A stretch of 64,000 bases of DNA from NCBI GenBank assembly GCA_947460575.1, contig CANHIJ010000003.1:19093-83092 (forward strand), written 5' to 3'. Shown here piece after piece: positions 52,708 through 63,010 of the stretch. The stretch's first letter is position 1; every line of letters starts with the position of its first letter. This stretch comes from Verrucomicrobiales bacterium (lineage in GTDB: Bacteria > Verrucomicrobiota > Verrucomicrobiia > Verrucomicrobiales > V1-33). A program made the position numbers and the translations under genes. The notes beneath the pieces were generated by a model. The model ran no database searches and was not told the origin of the DNA. It saw only the letters and a program-made list of their open reading frames with translations.

Positions 52708-55700
52708 ATGCCCATGAATAGCGACGAACGGATCCTCGAATTGCCTCAGCCCATTATCGACCGCTTGCGGGAGGTGATTGGGCGGGTTCGGCGGCACCAG
52801 TGGATTAAAGGGGGGCTGTTGACGGTGGCGGCGGCGGTGGGGGCGGTGGTGGGGGTGATGGGGTTGGATGCGGCGTTTGCGCTGGAGGCGCTGCCGCTGC
52901 GTCTAACGCTTTCTCTGAGTGGCCTGGGGGTGGTGGGGTGGGCGGCGTGGACGCAGTGGGTGCGGCCGCTGCGGCGGAAGATCAGCCTGACGGCGGTGGC
53001 CCGCTGGGTGGAGGGGCGCCACCCGGAATTGCAGGAGCGGATTTCCACCGCGGTGGAGTTGTTGGGGGGGGGCGCAGGCCGGGAGGGGCAGGAGTCGCGG
53101 GAGTTGTTGCGGGCGGTGGTGGAGGATGCGGTGGCCGACGTGGGCCGGATGAATCCGGCGGAGGAATTGGGTGCCCAGCGCTCCCGTCCGGCGAAGTGGC
53201 TGGCGGGTTCCGCGGTGGCATTTTTGGTAGGATTGGCAGCGCTTTGGCCCAACCAGGTTCCGCGCTTGTTGGCGCGGGCCTTGGCGCCGCTGTCGGATGT
53301 GGGCAATGCCTGGGCGGACCGGTTGCGGGTGTTGACGCCGAGTCAGGTGGTGGCCTGGGGGGACCCGCTGAGCATTGAGGTAGCGCTGCGGGGGCGGCGG
53401 GAGCGGGTCGAATTGCGCTTCACTGGCCCGGACGGGTCGGAGTTGGTGGAAACCCTGGCGCCGGACGGAGCGGTGCCGGTGTTAGTGGGCGAACAGGGCT
53501 ATGCGCTGCGCCTGCCCAAAGTGGAGCACGGTTTTTCGGCTAGGGTGGTGGCGGGAAAAGCGGTGAGTGCGACCTTTCGCATTGAGGCCATCGCCCGGCC
53601 GGAAGCAGGCCCCCTGACGATAACCTATGACTACCCTGACTACACTGGTTTGCCGGACGCGGTGAAGCCTGGGGCTTCGGGGGAGATTGCGGCGCTGGAG
53701 GGGACGCGGGTGTCGGTGGCGGCGGATCTGGTGGGCGCGGTGTCGCGGGCGCGGGTGACGATTGGGGGGGAAGAATGGGCGGGGGTAGAGTTGTCGGGCG
53801 AGGCGGCGGCGCCCCGGGTGCGTTGGAGCGCGGTGATGGCGCCGCAGATGGACGCGGCGTGGTCGCTGCAGCTAGAGGAAGGGCATGGGCTGGCGAGTCG
53901 GCCGGTGGGGGGGAGGATCCGGGCCACGGCGGACTTGCCCCCGAGCATTGTGCTAGAGAATCCCGTAGAGGACCGCCTGGAGCTGCGGCCGGTGGAGCGC
54001 TTGGCCTTGACTTATTTTGTGGCGGAGGATTGGGGGCTTTCGGCGGTGCAGCTGCGGATTCGCCCGCAGGAGGGCGCGGAATATTTTTTGCCCGCGGGGG
54101 AGCTGCCAGAGGCGGTGCCGGATCGGGCGGGGGAGTACCGGGGGCGGGCGGAGTTGGATTTGTCTAAACTGGTAGTGCCGGAGGGTCAGGAGATCCGGGT
54201 GAGTGTGATGGCGGCGGACCGCTTGCCGACCGAGCGGCAGGGGCCGCAGCGGGCCTATAGCCGGGAGATTGTGATCCGGCTGAATCGCTGGACGCGCCCG
54301 CAGGTGGAGCAGAAATTTGCCGCGCAGCACCAGGAGGTGCGCCAGAAGATGGAGGAGGTGAAGCAGGCGCTGCAGTCGGCGCGGGGCTTGTTGGCCGACA
54401 AGCCGGAGCGCCTCAAGACAGAAGAAAAGCTCAGTGCCGAGACACTTAAGGATTTGGAGGCGGGAGCCCAACAGATGAAAGAGGCCCGCGGGATGATGGA
54501 AAAATTGCAGGAGCGCATCAAGGAGACGGCCTATGCGAGGCAGAAGGGGGGGTTGCAGGAGATTGCCCAGGACATGGTGCGGCCCGCGGAGGCGGCGGCC
54601 AAGGATGTTCCGCTGAGCGATCAAAAGGCGGCGCGGGCGGCCCTGGCGCAGACGGCGCGCAATCTCTTGGACGACGCTATCAAGAAAATGGAGCAGGAGC
54701 AGCAGCAGATGGATCAGGCCCGGGAGGCGGTCCAGAAGGTGGCCCAGCTTTCCGATATCGCAGAGCAACAGCAGCGGCTCGCGGCGGAGGCGGCGGCGGC
54801 GGAGCGCCCCGCGGCGGCGGCGAGTCCTGACAAATTGACAGAGGCTGGCGCCGCGGCGAGCCCGGCGGCCCCGACCCCGGCGGCGGCGGGGGCCCCGGCC
54901 GAGGAAGCACAGCAGAAGTGGCTAGAGGACCAGCGCGCCGTGGCGGCGCGGGCGCGGCAATTGGCGGAGGAGGTGAAGCAATCCAATCCCCAGGCGGCCC
55001 AGGACCAGTTTCGGCAGGCGGCCGCGCAGGCGGTTTTGCTGGCGGCGGAGGCCGAGGCTTTAGGGCAAAAGCAAAGTGGCCTAGCGGCGGCGCTGGCCTC
55101 GGCGAGCCCGCCAGAAGCGAGGCTGCAGGGCGCCGCGGCGCAGGTAGACTTGGCCCGGCAGGTGGCCGCGCTGCAGGAAAAGGCCACGGGATTCCAGCAG
55201 GGATCGGCGAGGCAGATCGACCAGAGTTTGGCGACCCAGGAAGCGGCTTATGCGGCGCAGGCGAATTTGCAGGAGGGGGCGGGGCTGGCGCGCCGCGCGG
55301 GCGAGGAGTTGGCCGCGGCGGCGGCACCGGCGGCGGCCGCGACTCCGGCAGCAGAACCGGCTTCGACTCCCGCGGCGGCGACTCCGACTCCGACTCCGAC
55401 TCCGGCGGCGGGGCAGCAGGCGGCGCAGGACAGCGCGCGGACGCTGGCGGCGGCGGCGGCTTCGCTGAAGGCCTTGGGGGTGGAATTTCAGGGTTTGGCG
55501 GGGCAGGTCGCGGAGCACGGGAAGTCGCTCGGGGAGGGGGCGGAGCAGGCTGGGGAGGCGGTGGCGGCGGCGGAGCAAGGGGCGGGGCAGGGGATGCAGC
55601 AGGGGGCGGCGGCGGCGCAGCAGGCGGCGGAGCAATTGGCGCTGGCTGCTAACACCGCGCTGCAGGCGATGAGCATTCCGGCGAGTGCCAAGTCTTCGCA

Positions 55701-55983
55701 GGCCTCACCGCCCAGCGCGGGGCCGGGGCAGGCCAAGGATGGGCCGCCCAGTCCGTCGGGCGATCCGGGCCAGGAGGGCAAGGATGGGCTGCAGGGGGAT
55801 GCCGCGAGCGGGGAGTTGCCCGCGGAGTTGGCGAAGTTGGGATTGACGCCGGACGACTGGATGAAGTTGCGCAGCGCCCTCCAGGGGGTAGAGGGAGCCC
55901 GCGACGAGGCCATTCCGGCGGAGTACCGGGACCTGGTGAAAGCGTATTTTGGAGCCCTATCAAAAGGAGGAAAAATCAAATGA
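52708..55983 (+). CDS. Large membrane-anchored coiled-coil protein (DUF4175-like)
   Basis: N-terminal TMs, HPELQERISTAVEL, YDYPDYTG, DLPPSI...EDWGL, Ala/Gln-rich coil, C-terminal IPAEYRDLVKAYF. Confidence 0.7.
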   Translation: MPMNSDERILELPQPIIDRLREVIGRVRRHQWIKGGLLTVAAAVGAVVGVMGLDAAFALEALPLRLTLSLSGLGVVGWAAWTQWVRPLRRKISLTAVARWVEGRHPELQERISTAVELLGGGAGREGQESRELLRAVVEDAVADVGRMNPAEELGAQRSRPAKWLAGSAVAFLVGLAALWPNQVPRLLARALAPLSDVGNAWADRLRVLTPSQVVAWGDPLSIEVALRGRRERVELRFTGPDGSELVETLAPDGAVPVLVGEQGYALRLPKVEHGFSARVVAGKAVSATFRIEAIARPEAGPLTITYDYPDYTGLPDAVKPGASGEIAALEGTRVSVAADLVGAVSRARVTIGGEEWAGVELSGEAAAPRVRWSAVMAPQMDAAWSLQLEEGHGLASRPVGGRIRATADLPPSIVLENPVEDRLELRPVERLALTYFVAEDWGLSAVQLRIRPQEGAEYFLPAGELPEAVPDRAGEYRGRAELDLSKLVVPEGQEIRVSVMAADRLPTERQGPQRAYSREIVIRLNRWTRPQVEQKFAAQHQEVRQKMEEVKQALQSARGLLADKPERLKTEEKLSAETLKDLEAGAQQMKEARGMMEKLQERIKETAYARQKGGLQEIAQDMVRPAEAAAKDVPLSDQKAARAALAQTARNLLDDAIKKMEQEQQQMDQAREAVQKVAQLSDIAEQQQRLAAEAAAAERPAAAASPDKLTEAGAAASPAAPTPAAAGAPAEEAQQKWLEDQRAVAARARQLAEEVKQSNPQAAQDQFRQAAAQAVLLAAEAEALGQKQSGLAAALASASPPEARLQGAAAQVDLARQVAALQEKATGFQQGSARQIDQSLATQEAAYAAQANLQEGAGLARRAGEELAAAAAPAAAATPAAEPASTPAAATPTPTPTPAAGQQAAQDSARTLAAAAASLKALGVEFQGLAGQVAEHGKSLGEGAEQAGEAVAAAEQGAGQGMQQGAAAAQQAAEQLALAANTALQAMSIPASAKSSQASPPSAGPGQAKDGPPSPSGDPGQEGKDGLQGDAASGELPAELAKLGLTPDDWMKLRSALQGVEGARDEAIPAEYRDLVKAYFGALSKGGKIK

Positions 55984-57032
55984 AGCGCCATTTTGTTATT
56001 TTGCTATTAGTTCTGGGAGCCTCGGCGGCGGCAGGGCAGGAGGCGGGGGAGGTTTTTCAGAAATACGAGGCCCGGGTGAGTTCGGCGGTGGACCGCGGCT
56101 TCGAGTACCTCCTCGGGGTGGAACAGCCGGACGGGAGTTTTCCAGAGTCCCACGGGCGGAGCACCGGGATATCGTCGCTGGTGGGGATGAGTTTTCTCGC
56201 CAAGGGCCACGTGCCGGGGCAGGGGCGCTATGGGGAGGCGATCAATCGCCGGATCGACTACGCCTTGGCGCACACCACCAAGGAGGGGCTGGTCGACTGC
56301 GGGGACCACGGCAACGGGCCGATGTACGCGCACAATATCAGCACGCTTTTTTTGAGCGAGGTTTCCGGAATGGTGGACCCGGGGCGGCAGGCCAAGCTGG
56401 ATGTGGCCCTAGCTAAAGCTATTCAAGTGATCCTGCGGGCCCAGGCGGTGCCTAAATCGAAGGATCACAAGGGGGGCTGGCGCTATCAGCCTAACAGTAA
56501 TGATAGCGATCTTTCGTGCAGCGGCTGGGCGCTGATGGCGCTGCGCTCGGCGCGCCTGAATGGGGCTCCGGTGCCGCCGCAGGCGATCATCGACGCGGTC
56601 GAATACACCTTGGGGCGCCTGGAGCGGAAGGTGGGGCATTTTGGCTACATGGACCAATATCAGCACAAGGACTCGCTGACCGGGGCGGGCTTGATGTGCC
56701 TGGAATTGTGCGGTCGGCACGCTACGCCGGAGAATTTGCTGGTGGGGGACTGGATTTTGGCGAACCACCAAAGTCTGCCGCGCTGTGAATTTGAATTTTA
56801 CGGCAACTACTACAATGCGCAGGGGATGTTCCAGTTGGGGGGAAAATACTGGGAGGCCTATGCGGAGTGGATGTACCCGCACTATCTAGAGGAGCAGGCC
56901 GAGGATGGGGCGTGGATGGGCGAGCGCTTTGGGCGCGTCTACGGGACCGCGATGATGATATTGGCGTTTACGGTGCCGGCGCGGCAGTTGCCGATCTACC
57001 AGCGCGACGAGCGGGCGGACGAGGGGCCCTAG
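55980..57032 (+). CDS. Exported prenyltransferase/squalene-oxidase-repeat (alpha/alpha barrel) protein
   Basis: Signal peptide; EQPDGSF, GGWRYQP...SDLSCSGWALMALRSA, QAEDGAW; ATGA overlap with the upstream gene. Confidence 0.85.
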   Translation: MKRHFVILLLVLGASAAAGQEAGEVFQKYEARVSSAVDRGFEYLLGVEQPDGSFPESHGRSTGISSLVGMSFLAKGHVPGQGRYGEAINRRIDYALAHTTKEGLVDCGDHGNGPMYAHNISTLFLSEVSGMVDPGRQAKLDVALAKAIQVILRAQAVPKSKDHKGGWRYQPNSNDSDLSCSGWALMALRSARLNGAPVPPQAIIDAVEYTLGRLERKVGHFGYMDQYQHKDSLTGAGLMCLELCGRHATPENLLVGDWILANHQSLPRCEFEFYGNYYNAQGMFQLGGKYWEAYAEWMYPHYLEEQAEDGAWMGERFGRVYGTAMMILAFTVPARQLPIYQRDERADEGP

Positions 57033-57050
57033 CGGGTTTTCGGGACGGGC

Positions 57051-57902
57051 TCAGGGGGCGGAGCGGGGGGAAATGGGGACCGCGATGGCGGCGTAGGGGG
57101 CGGCTGGGCCCGGGAGCCAGGAGCCCTGGGCAAAGAGCAGCCCGCGGAGCTGGGTTTGGTCGGGCGGGAGGAAATCAGATAGAGATAGGAGGACTTGATA
57201 GCCATTTTCGTAGGGGAGCCAGGCTTGGCGCGGGTGGGAGCAGATGAGGTTGTCGAGGGAGAAGAACTGGGGGGCGCTGGGGAGGGGCAGTCCGGGGGGA
57301 GGGAGGGCGGTGAGTTCGATGGCGGCATCGCGGCGGCGCGCCGTGAGGGTCCAGCTCTCCAACGGGGGGGGCTGGGCGGCGCGGAGGGCGGCAAAGCGGG
57401 GGCTCCAGGTGGCGTTAGGGATGCTGGGGGAGCCGCTGCGGATGGTGAGGGAGAGCTTGGCAAAGCCGGGGTTGCAGGTGCGCTGGCAGCACATCCAGCT
57501 GGCCTCTGCAGGAATTGTTAAGAGTCCATCGGAGAGATGGGAGGGGGCGGTGATCGGGAGGGCGAGGAGGACGTCGCGTTCATAGCCGTGGACGCGGAGG
57601 GCGGCCATGTGGACTTTATCGGGAGGGGGAAAGAGGAGGGGGCCGACGGTGAAGCCGGGGGGGAGTTGGGGGCGGAGTTGGGTGGGGAGGCCGGCGATGC
57701 CGGGGTTTTGCCAGTAGGTGTGGTAGCCTGGCTGGTGGCGGATCCAGAGGCCGAGGTGGAAGGTTTGGCCGGGTTGGACGACGTCGGCGTCGCAGACGAG
57801 TTCGACGGCTAGGCCGGGGCCGGAGAAGGTGGCGGGGGGCGCGGCGGCGCGTCCCGGGGCGGCGAGGAAGCAGAGCAGCAGGAGGGCGAGGAAGGGGCGC
57901 AT
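57051..57902 (-). CDS. Stand-alone DsbD N-terminal-domain protein
   Basis: Signal peptide; GYHTYWQNPGIAGLP, SWMCCQRTCNPG. Confidence 0.8.
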   Translation of the reverse strand: MRPFLALLLLCFLAAPGRAAAPPATFSGPGLAVELVCDADVVQPGQTFHLGLWIRHQPGYHTYWQNPGIAGLPTQLRPQLPPGFTVGPLLFPPPDKVHMAALRVHGYERDVLLALPITAPSHLSDGLLTIPAEASWMCCQRTCNPGFAKLSLTIRSGSPSIPNATWSPRFAALRAAQPPPLESWTLTARRRDAAIELTALPPPGLPLPSAPQFFSLDNLICSHPRQAWLPYENGYQVLLSLSDFLPPDQTQLRGLLFAQGSWLPGPAAPYAAIAVPISPRSAP

Positions 57903-58010
57903 GGGGGACATACCAGTGAGGCGCGAAGGGTTTATCAAGGGGAGGGCTGGGGAGGCGAGTGGGAGAAAGGGCTTGGAAGCAGCGTAATGCCTGGCCTATC
58001 CTGTCTTCCC

Positions 58011-60320
58011 ATGCGCGCCTGCTCTGTACTTTTTGGTAGTTCCCTGATTGGTTTTCTCGCTGCGGCTCCGCTGTGGGCGCAGGACACGGCGGCGCGTCCG
58101 GCGCCGGGCCATTCGCTGCACGGCAGCAATTTTAGCGAGGGGCCGCGCCGCCGGGGGCCGCTGCTGCCGGGCATGGGGGAGGTTTCGTTTCCAGTGAGCA
58201 CGGCCAATGGGGAAGCGCAGCAGTGGTTCAACCAAGGGGTGGGCCAGCTGCACGGCTTTTGGTATTGGGAGGCGGAGCGCTCGTTTCGCACCGTGCTGGC
58301 GCTGGATCCGGGTTGCCTGATGGCGAACTGGGGATTGGCGATGGCGAGCTTGGACAATGGGGATCGGGCGCGGGCCTTTTTGGAAAAAATGACGGGGGCG
58401 GCGCTGGACCCTTTGAGTGCGCGGGAGCGGTCGTGGATGGAAGCGACGCGGCGCTATCTGCAGCCGCAGAAAGACGACGGGGAGCGCAAGAAGGCGCTGC
58501 GGCAGTTTTTAAGCGACTTGGAAGACATTGCGGCGACGCATCCGGAAGACTTGGAGGCGCGGGCTTTTGTGTTAGGGTTGCAGTGGGGCAAGCAGTCGGG
58601 GCTGGGTTTGGACAATGCGAGCCACTTTGGGATGGACGCCATTGGGCAGGGGATTTTGGCGCAAAACCCGCGGCACCCAGCGCACCATTATTTGATCCAC
58701 TTGTGGGATGGGGACAAGACGGCGCGCGCGCTTAAGGCGGCGGCGATGTGTGGTCCGGCGGCGCCGGGGATTGCCCACATGTGGCACATGCCGGGGCATA
58801 TTTATTCTGGGTTGCAGCGCTGGGCGGACGCGGCTTGGCAGCAGGAGGCGGCGGCCCGGGTGGATCACTTTCAGATGATCCGTTCGCATACCATGCCGGA
58901 CCAGATTCACAATTTCGCCCATAACAGCGAGTGGCTAGTGCGCAATTTGAATAACCTCGGGCGGGTGCGGGATGCGGTGACGATTTCCACTAACCTCATT
59001 GAGATGCCGCGGATTCCGCGCTCTGCCAAGGTCGAGGACAAGCCCAATCAGCAATACAGCGACGAGCGGGGAGCCTGGGACCATGGGACCAACCGCCTGC
59101 GGGACACTTTGCTGATGTGGGAGCGCTGGGATTTGGCGCTGCAGTTGGCGGAGACGCCCTGGCTGGCGGAGGCAGGAGGATTTGACGACCGCTGGAAGCG
59201 GCAGCAATTGATCGGACTAGCGGCTTTTCGGAGTGGGGATGTGGCCCGCGGGGAGGCGGCGGCGGCCGGTTTTGCCAAGCAGATGGAGGCCTTGCGGGCG
59301 GAGCGCGCCGCGGCGGTGGATGCGGCGGACCAGCAGGCGCGGCGCGAAAAGAAGGACGGCAACGCCATCCAGCAGGCCATGGCCGAGGCCCTCAAGCCCT
59401 TTACCGCCAAGCTCGACGCCCTGGAGCCAGCTTGGGCGGAGTTGACATTACTAGCTGATTTGGCCCATGGTCGCAAGGACGAGGCCAAGGCCAAGCTGGA
59501 GCAACTTAAGGGCGTTCACGAGCAGCGCATGATCGCGATTCACCTGCAGCTGGGAGACCTGGACAAGGCGGTGGAAGTGGCCACGAGCTATGCGGCACGC
59601 AGCGATGACCAGGTGCAGCCGCAGGCGATCCTGACCGATGTGTTGTGGCGCGCGGGCAAGCGCGAGGAAGCGCTCAAGGCCATGGCGAGCCTGCGCGGGC
59701 TGGCGGGCTCGGCCGATTTGGACACTCCGCTGCTGGCGCGCTTGGCTCCGGTGGTGGAAGCGGCGGGCTTGACGGGGGACTGGCGCCAACCAGCGGCGGC
59801 GGCCCCGGATTTAGGGGAGCACCCGGCGCTAGCCAGCCTGGGGCCGATGCGCTGGGAGGGCTGGATGGCTCCGAGTTGGACCGCGGCGGCGCCGGATGGC
59901 AGTCGGCCGGGGCACGCCAGTTTGGCGGGGCGGCCGTATGTGGCGCTGTTAGTTTTGGGCGGTTCCTGTGCGCACTGCAACGAGCAGCTGAAGGCGTTTG
60001 GGGAGAAGAAAGAGGCCTTTGCGGCGGCGCAGCTGCCGGTGGTCGTGGTGACTACGGATGCGGTGGGCGAGCTGGCGGGCGAGACGGCGTTCCCGACGTG
60101 GAGCGGGTCCGATGGGGAGGCGTTTAAGGCGCTGGATGCGTGGGACGACTTTGAGAACCAGGCGCTGCACACCACGGTGTTAGTGGACGGGGCGGGGCGG
60201 ATTCGCTGGCAGCACAGCGGCTACGAGCCGTTTATGCGCCCAGATTTTCTGCTGGAGGAGGCGCAGCGCCTCTTCAAGTTTGACGCCACGCGTCCGGAGA
60301 CCTTGGCGGTGGTCCATTGA
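58011..60320 (+). CDS. Exported TPR-like protein fused to a C-terminal AhpC/TSA (redoxin) domain
   Basis: AQQWFNQGVGQLHGFWYWEAERSF, HMWHMPGHIY; CAHC motif; LHTTVLVDGAGRIRW. Confidence 0.82.
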   Translation: MRACSVLFGSSLIGFLAAAPLWAQDTAARPAPGHSLHGSNFSEGPRRRGPLLPGMGEVSFPVSTANGEAQQWFNQGVGQLHGFWYWEAERSFRTVLALDPGCLMANWGLAMASLDNGDRARAFLEKMTGAALDPLSARERSWMEATRRYLQPQKDDGERKKALRQFLSDLEDIAATHPEDLEARAFVLGLQWGKQSGLGLDNASHFGMDAIGQGILAQNPRHPAHHYLIHLWDGDKTARALKAAAMCGPAAPGIAHMWHMPGHIYSGLQRWADAAWQQEAAARVDHFQMIRSHTMPDQIHNFAHNSEWLVRNLNNLGRVRDAVTISTNLIEMPRIPRSAKVEDKPNQQYSDERGAWDHGTNRLRDTLLMWERWDLALQLAETPWLAEAGGFDDRWKRQQLIGLAAFRSGDVARGEAAAAGFAKQMEALRAERAAAVDAADQQARREKKDGNAIQQAMAEALKPFTAKLDALEPAWAELTLLADLAHGRKDEAKAKLEQLKGVHEQRMIAIHLQLGDLDKAVEVATSYAARSDDQVQPQAILTDVLWRAGKREEALKAMASLRGLAGSADLDTPLLARLAPVVEAAGLTGDWRQPAAAAPDLGEHPALASLGPMRWEGWMAPSWTAAAPDGSRPGHASLAGRPYVALLVLGGSCAHCNEQLKAFGEKKEAFAAAQLPVVVVTTDAVGELAGETAFPTWSGSDGEAFKALDAWDDFENQALHTTVLVDGAGRIRWQHSGYEPFMRPDFLLEEAQRLFKFDATRPETLAVVH

Positions 60321-60333
60321 TGCCGCCGCCTCC

Positions 60334-60855
60334 GTGACTGAATTGATCTTGAACCGCGAGCACTACACGCGCCTCATCGCCGAGGAGGTGGGGCAGGCGC
60401 GGGCATTTCTTTGGATCGCCACCGCGGACTTGAAGGATCTGCACGTCTCGCGGGGGAAGCGGATGGTGCCTTTTTTAGCGGTGTTAGCAGAGTTGGTAGG
60501 GCAGGGGGTGCATGTGCGGCTGATGCACGCCAAAGAGCCCGGTCCGCGGTTTCGGGAGGATTTTGACCGCTATCCGGAACTGCTCCACGAAGAGCGCTTC
60601 GAGCGGATCCTTTGCCCTCGCCTCCACACCAAGGCCCTGATCATCGATGGGCGCCGCGCCTACTTGGGGAGCGCCAACTTGACGGGCGCGGGCATCGGGG
60701 CCAAGAGCGAGCACCGGCGCAATTGGGAGGCGGGCATCTTGACGGACGATCCCGCCCTAGTGGGGCCCTTGATGGAGGAGCTCGACACCCTCTGGCGCGG
60801 GGGGCATTGCCCCGCTTGCCAGCGGCGCGCGTTTTGTCCGGATCCGATTGCCTAG
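60334..60855 (+). CDS. Phospholipase D/nuclease family protein (single HKD)
   Basis: LHTKALIID...GSANLT; C-terminal CPACQRRAFC; probable GTG start. Confidence 0.85.
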   Translation: MTELILNREHYTRLIAEEVGQARAFLWIATADLKDLHVSRGKRMVPFLAVLAELVGQGVHVRLMHAKEPGPRFREDFDRYPELLHEERFERILCPRLHTKALIIDGRRAYLGSANLTGAGIGAKSEHRRNWEAGILTDDPALVGPLMEELDTLWRGGHCPACQRRAFCPDPIA

Positions 60856-60871
60856 CATTTATTCTCAATCT

Positions 60872-62998
60872 ATGAAATCATCTCACCTTCCTCTGGCGGC
60901 CCTCCTCTTGACTTCCATGCCATCCCTAGCCACTTCCTTGACCTATCCAGCGGCGCGGCGCGCCGACACTGTGGAGCAACTGCACGGGGTGGCGGTGGCG
61001 GATCCTTACCGTTGGATGGAGGACATCGACAGCGCGGAGACGGTGGCCTGGGTGGATGCCCAGGCGGGGTTGGCGCAGGGATTTCTTGGGAAATTGCCGC
61101 AGCGGGCGCGGCTCTGGGAGCGGCTCAAGCAATTGCAGGACTACGACAAGCACGGGCTGCCGCAGCGGGTGGCGGGGCGCTTATTTTATGCGCGCAAAAC
61201 GGGGCTGCAGGGGCAGGCGATCACCTACTGGCGGGAGGACGCGCCGGGGTCGGTGGAGCATGTCTTGCTCGATCCCAATGGGCTTTCCAAGGACGGCACG
61301 GTGGCGCTGACCGGCTACGATATCACCGAGGACGGCAAGTGGATGGCCTATGGATTGTCGGAGGCGGGGAGCGACTGGGAGCGGTGGAAAGTGCGCGAGG
61401 TGGAGAGCGGGAAGGATTTGGCGGACGACTTGCGCTGGGTGAAGTTTAGTGGGGCGTCGTGGTCGGTGAAGGGGGACGGCTTTTATTACTCGCGCTACGC
61501 GGCGCCGGAGCCGGGGCAGGAGCTCAAGGAGCAGAATCTCAATCAGAAGCTCTATTTTCACCGGGTGGGAGAGGCCCAGGAGAAGGACGTGTTGATTTAT
61601 GAGCGGCCGGACCATCCGAAGTGGGGGCTGCACGGGGGGGAGACCGAGGATGGGAAATATCTGATTATTTCGGTGAGTCAGGGGACGCGAGATGAGAATG
61701 CGATTTTTTACCGCGATCTCGGGGCGGGGGCGGGGTCGCCGGTGGTGGCCTTGCGGCCGGATTTTGATGCTGATTATAGCTTTGTGGGCAATGAGGGCGG
61801 GGTGTTTTATTTTCTGACGAGCCACCAAGCGCCCAACAAGAAAGTGATTGCGATCGATGTGGCGCGTCCTGAGGTGGCGCAGTGGCGCACCGTGATCGGA
61901 GAGTCGCCGCGGGTGATCACGGGGGCTCATTTGATAGGAGGGAAGTGGATCATTGAGCGGATGGTGGATGCGCACGACGAGGTGGCGGTCTACGATGTGG
62001 CGGGGGCGGGGGAGGGAACGATTCCGCTGCCTAACTTTGGGTCTGCGGGTGGTTTTGGGGGGAGGCAGAGCGATGGGGAGACGTTTTACAGTGTGACGGG
62101 ATTTGACACTCCGGGGACGATTTACCGCTATGACTTGAAGAGCGGGAAAAGCACGGTGCACCAGGAGAGCAAGTTGGATTTTGACGCTAATGGGGTGGAG
62201 GTGCGGCAGGTCTTCTTTAAGAGCAAGGATGGGACGGCGGTGCCGATTTTCTTGTTTCACAAGAAGGGGTTGGTGCCGGACGGGAACCATCCGGTGCTGC
62301 TGTATGGCTATGGGGGATTCAACATATCGCTGACGCCGTCGTTTTCGCCGAGTCGCCTCGCGTGGTTGGAAATGGGGGGCATCTATGCGCAAGTCAACCT
62401 GCGGGGGGGCGGCGAATACGGGCAGGCCTGGCACGAAGCGGGGATGAAGGAGCGGAAGCAAAACGTGTTCGACGACTGCATTGGCGCGGCGGAGTACTTG
62501 GTCAAAGAGGGTTGGACCAAGTCCTCGCGGATGGCCCTGATGGGGGGAAGCAATGGCGGATTGCTTGTGGGCGCGGTGATCAATCAGCGGCCGGATTTAT
62601 TTGCCTGCGCGATTCCGCAAGTGGGGGTGATGGACATGCTGCGCTTTCACAAATTCACCATCGGTTGGGCTTGGCAGGAAGAATACGGCAGCCCGGACGC
62701 GGCGGCAGATTTTGCGGTGCTGCGGGCTTATAGTCCGCTGCACACCCTGCGGGCCGGGACGCGCTATCCGGCCACGTTGGTGATGACGGGGGACCACGAC
62801 GACCGGGTTTTTCCGGCGCACAGTTTTAAATATGCGGCGGAACTGCAGCACTTGCAGCAGGGGGAGGCTCCGGTGCTGCTGCGGGTGGATCGGCGCGCCG
62901 GTCACGGGGCGGGCAAGCCAACCCTCAAAGCCTTGGACGAAACCGCCGACGCCTATGCCTTCATGGCCCAGGCCCTCAAAATGGAGTCGACAAAGTAA
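60872..62998 (+). CDS. Prolyl oligopeptidase (S9A), exported
   Basis: DPYRWME, LYGYGGF, GGSNGGLL (Ser), DHDDRV, AGHGAGK. Confidence 0.96.
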   Translation: MKSSHLPLAALLLTSMPSLATSLTYPAARRADTVEQLHGVAVADPYRWMEDIDSAETVAWVDAQAGLAQGFLGKLPQRARLWERLKQLQDYDKHGLPQRVAGRLFYARKTGLQGQAITYWREDAPGSVEHVLLDPNGLSKDGTVALTGYDITEDGKWMAYGLSEAGSDWERWKVREVESGKDLADDLRWVKFSGASWSVKGDGFYYSRYAAPEPGQELKEQNLNQKLYFHRVGEAQEKDVLIYERPDHPKWGLHGGETEDGKYLIISVSQGTRDENAIFYRDLGAGAGSPVVALRPDFDADYSFVGNEGGVFYFLTSHQAPNKKVIAIDVARPEVAQWRTVIGESPRVITGAHLIGGKWIIERMVDAHDEVAVYDVAGAGEGTIPLPNFGSAGGFGGRQSDGETFYSVTGFDTPGTIYRYDLKSGKSTVHQESKLDFDANGVEVRQVFFKSKDGTAVPIFLFHKKGLVPDGNHPVLLYGYGGFNISLTPSFSPSRLAWLEMGGIYAQVNLRGGGEYGQAWHEAGMKERKQNVFDDCIGAAEYLVKEGWTKSSRMALMGGSNGGLLVGAVINQRPDLFACAIPQVGVMDMLRFHKFTIGWAWQEEYGSPDAAADFAVLRAYSPLHTLRAGTRYPATLVMTGDHDDRVFPAHSFKYAAELQHLQQGEAPVLLRVDRRAGHGAGKPTLKALDETADAYAFMAQALKMESTK

Positions 62999-63010
62999 GG
63001 GGTAGGCGGG

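Noticed and set aside
55980-57032. Squalene-hopene cyclase call
   Set aside because: Only ~350 aa, has a signal peptide and lacks the DxDD motif
57051-60320. Selenocysteine recoding in the redox proteins
   Set aside because: Cys motifs are intact and there is no in-frame TGA
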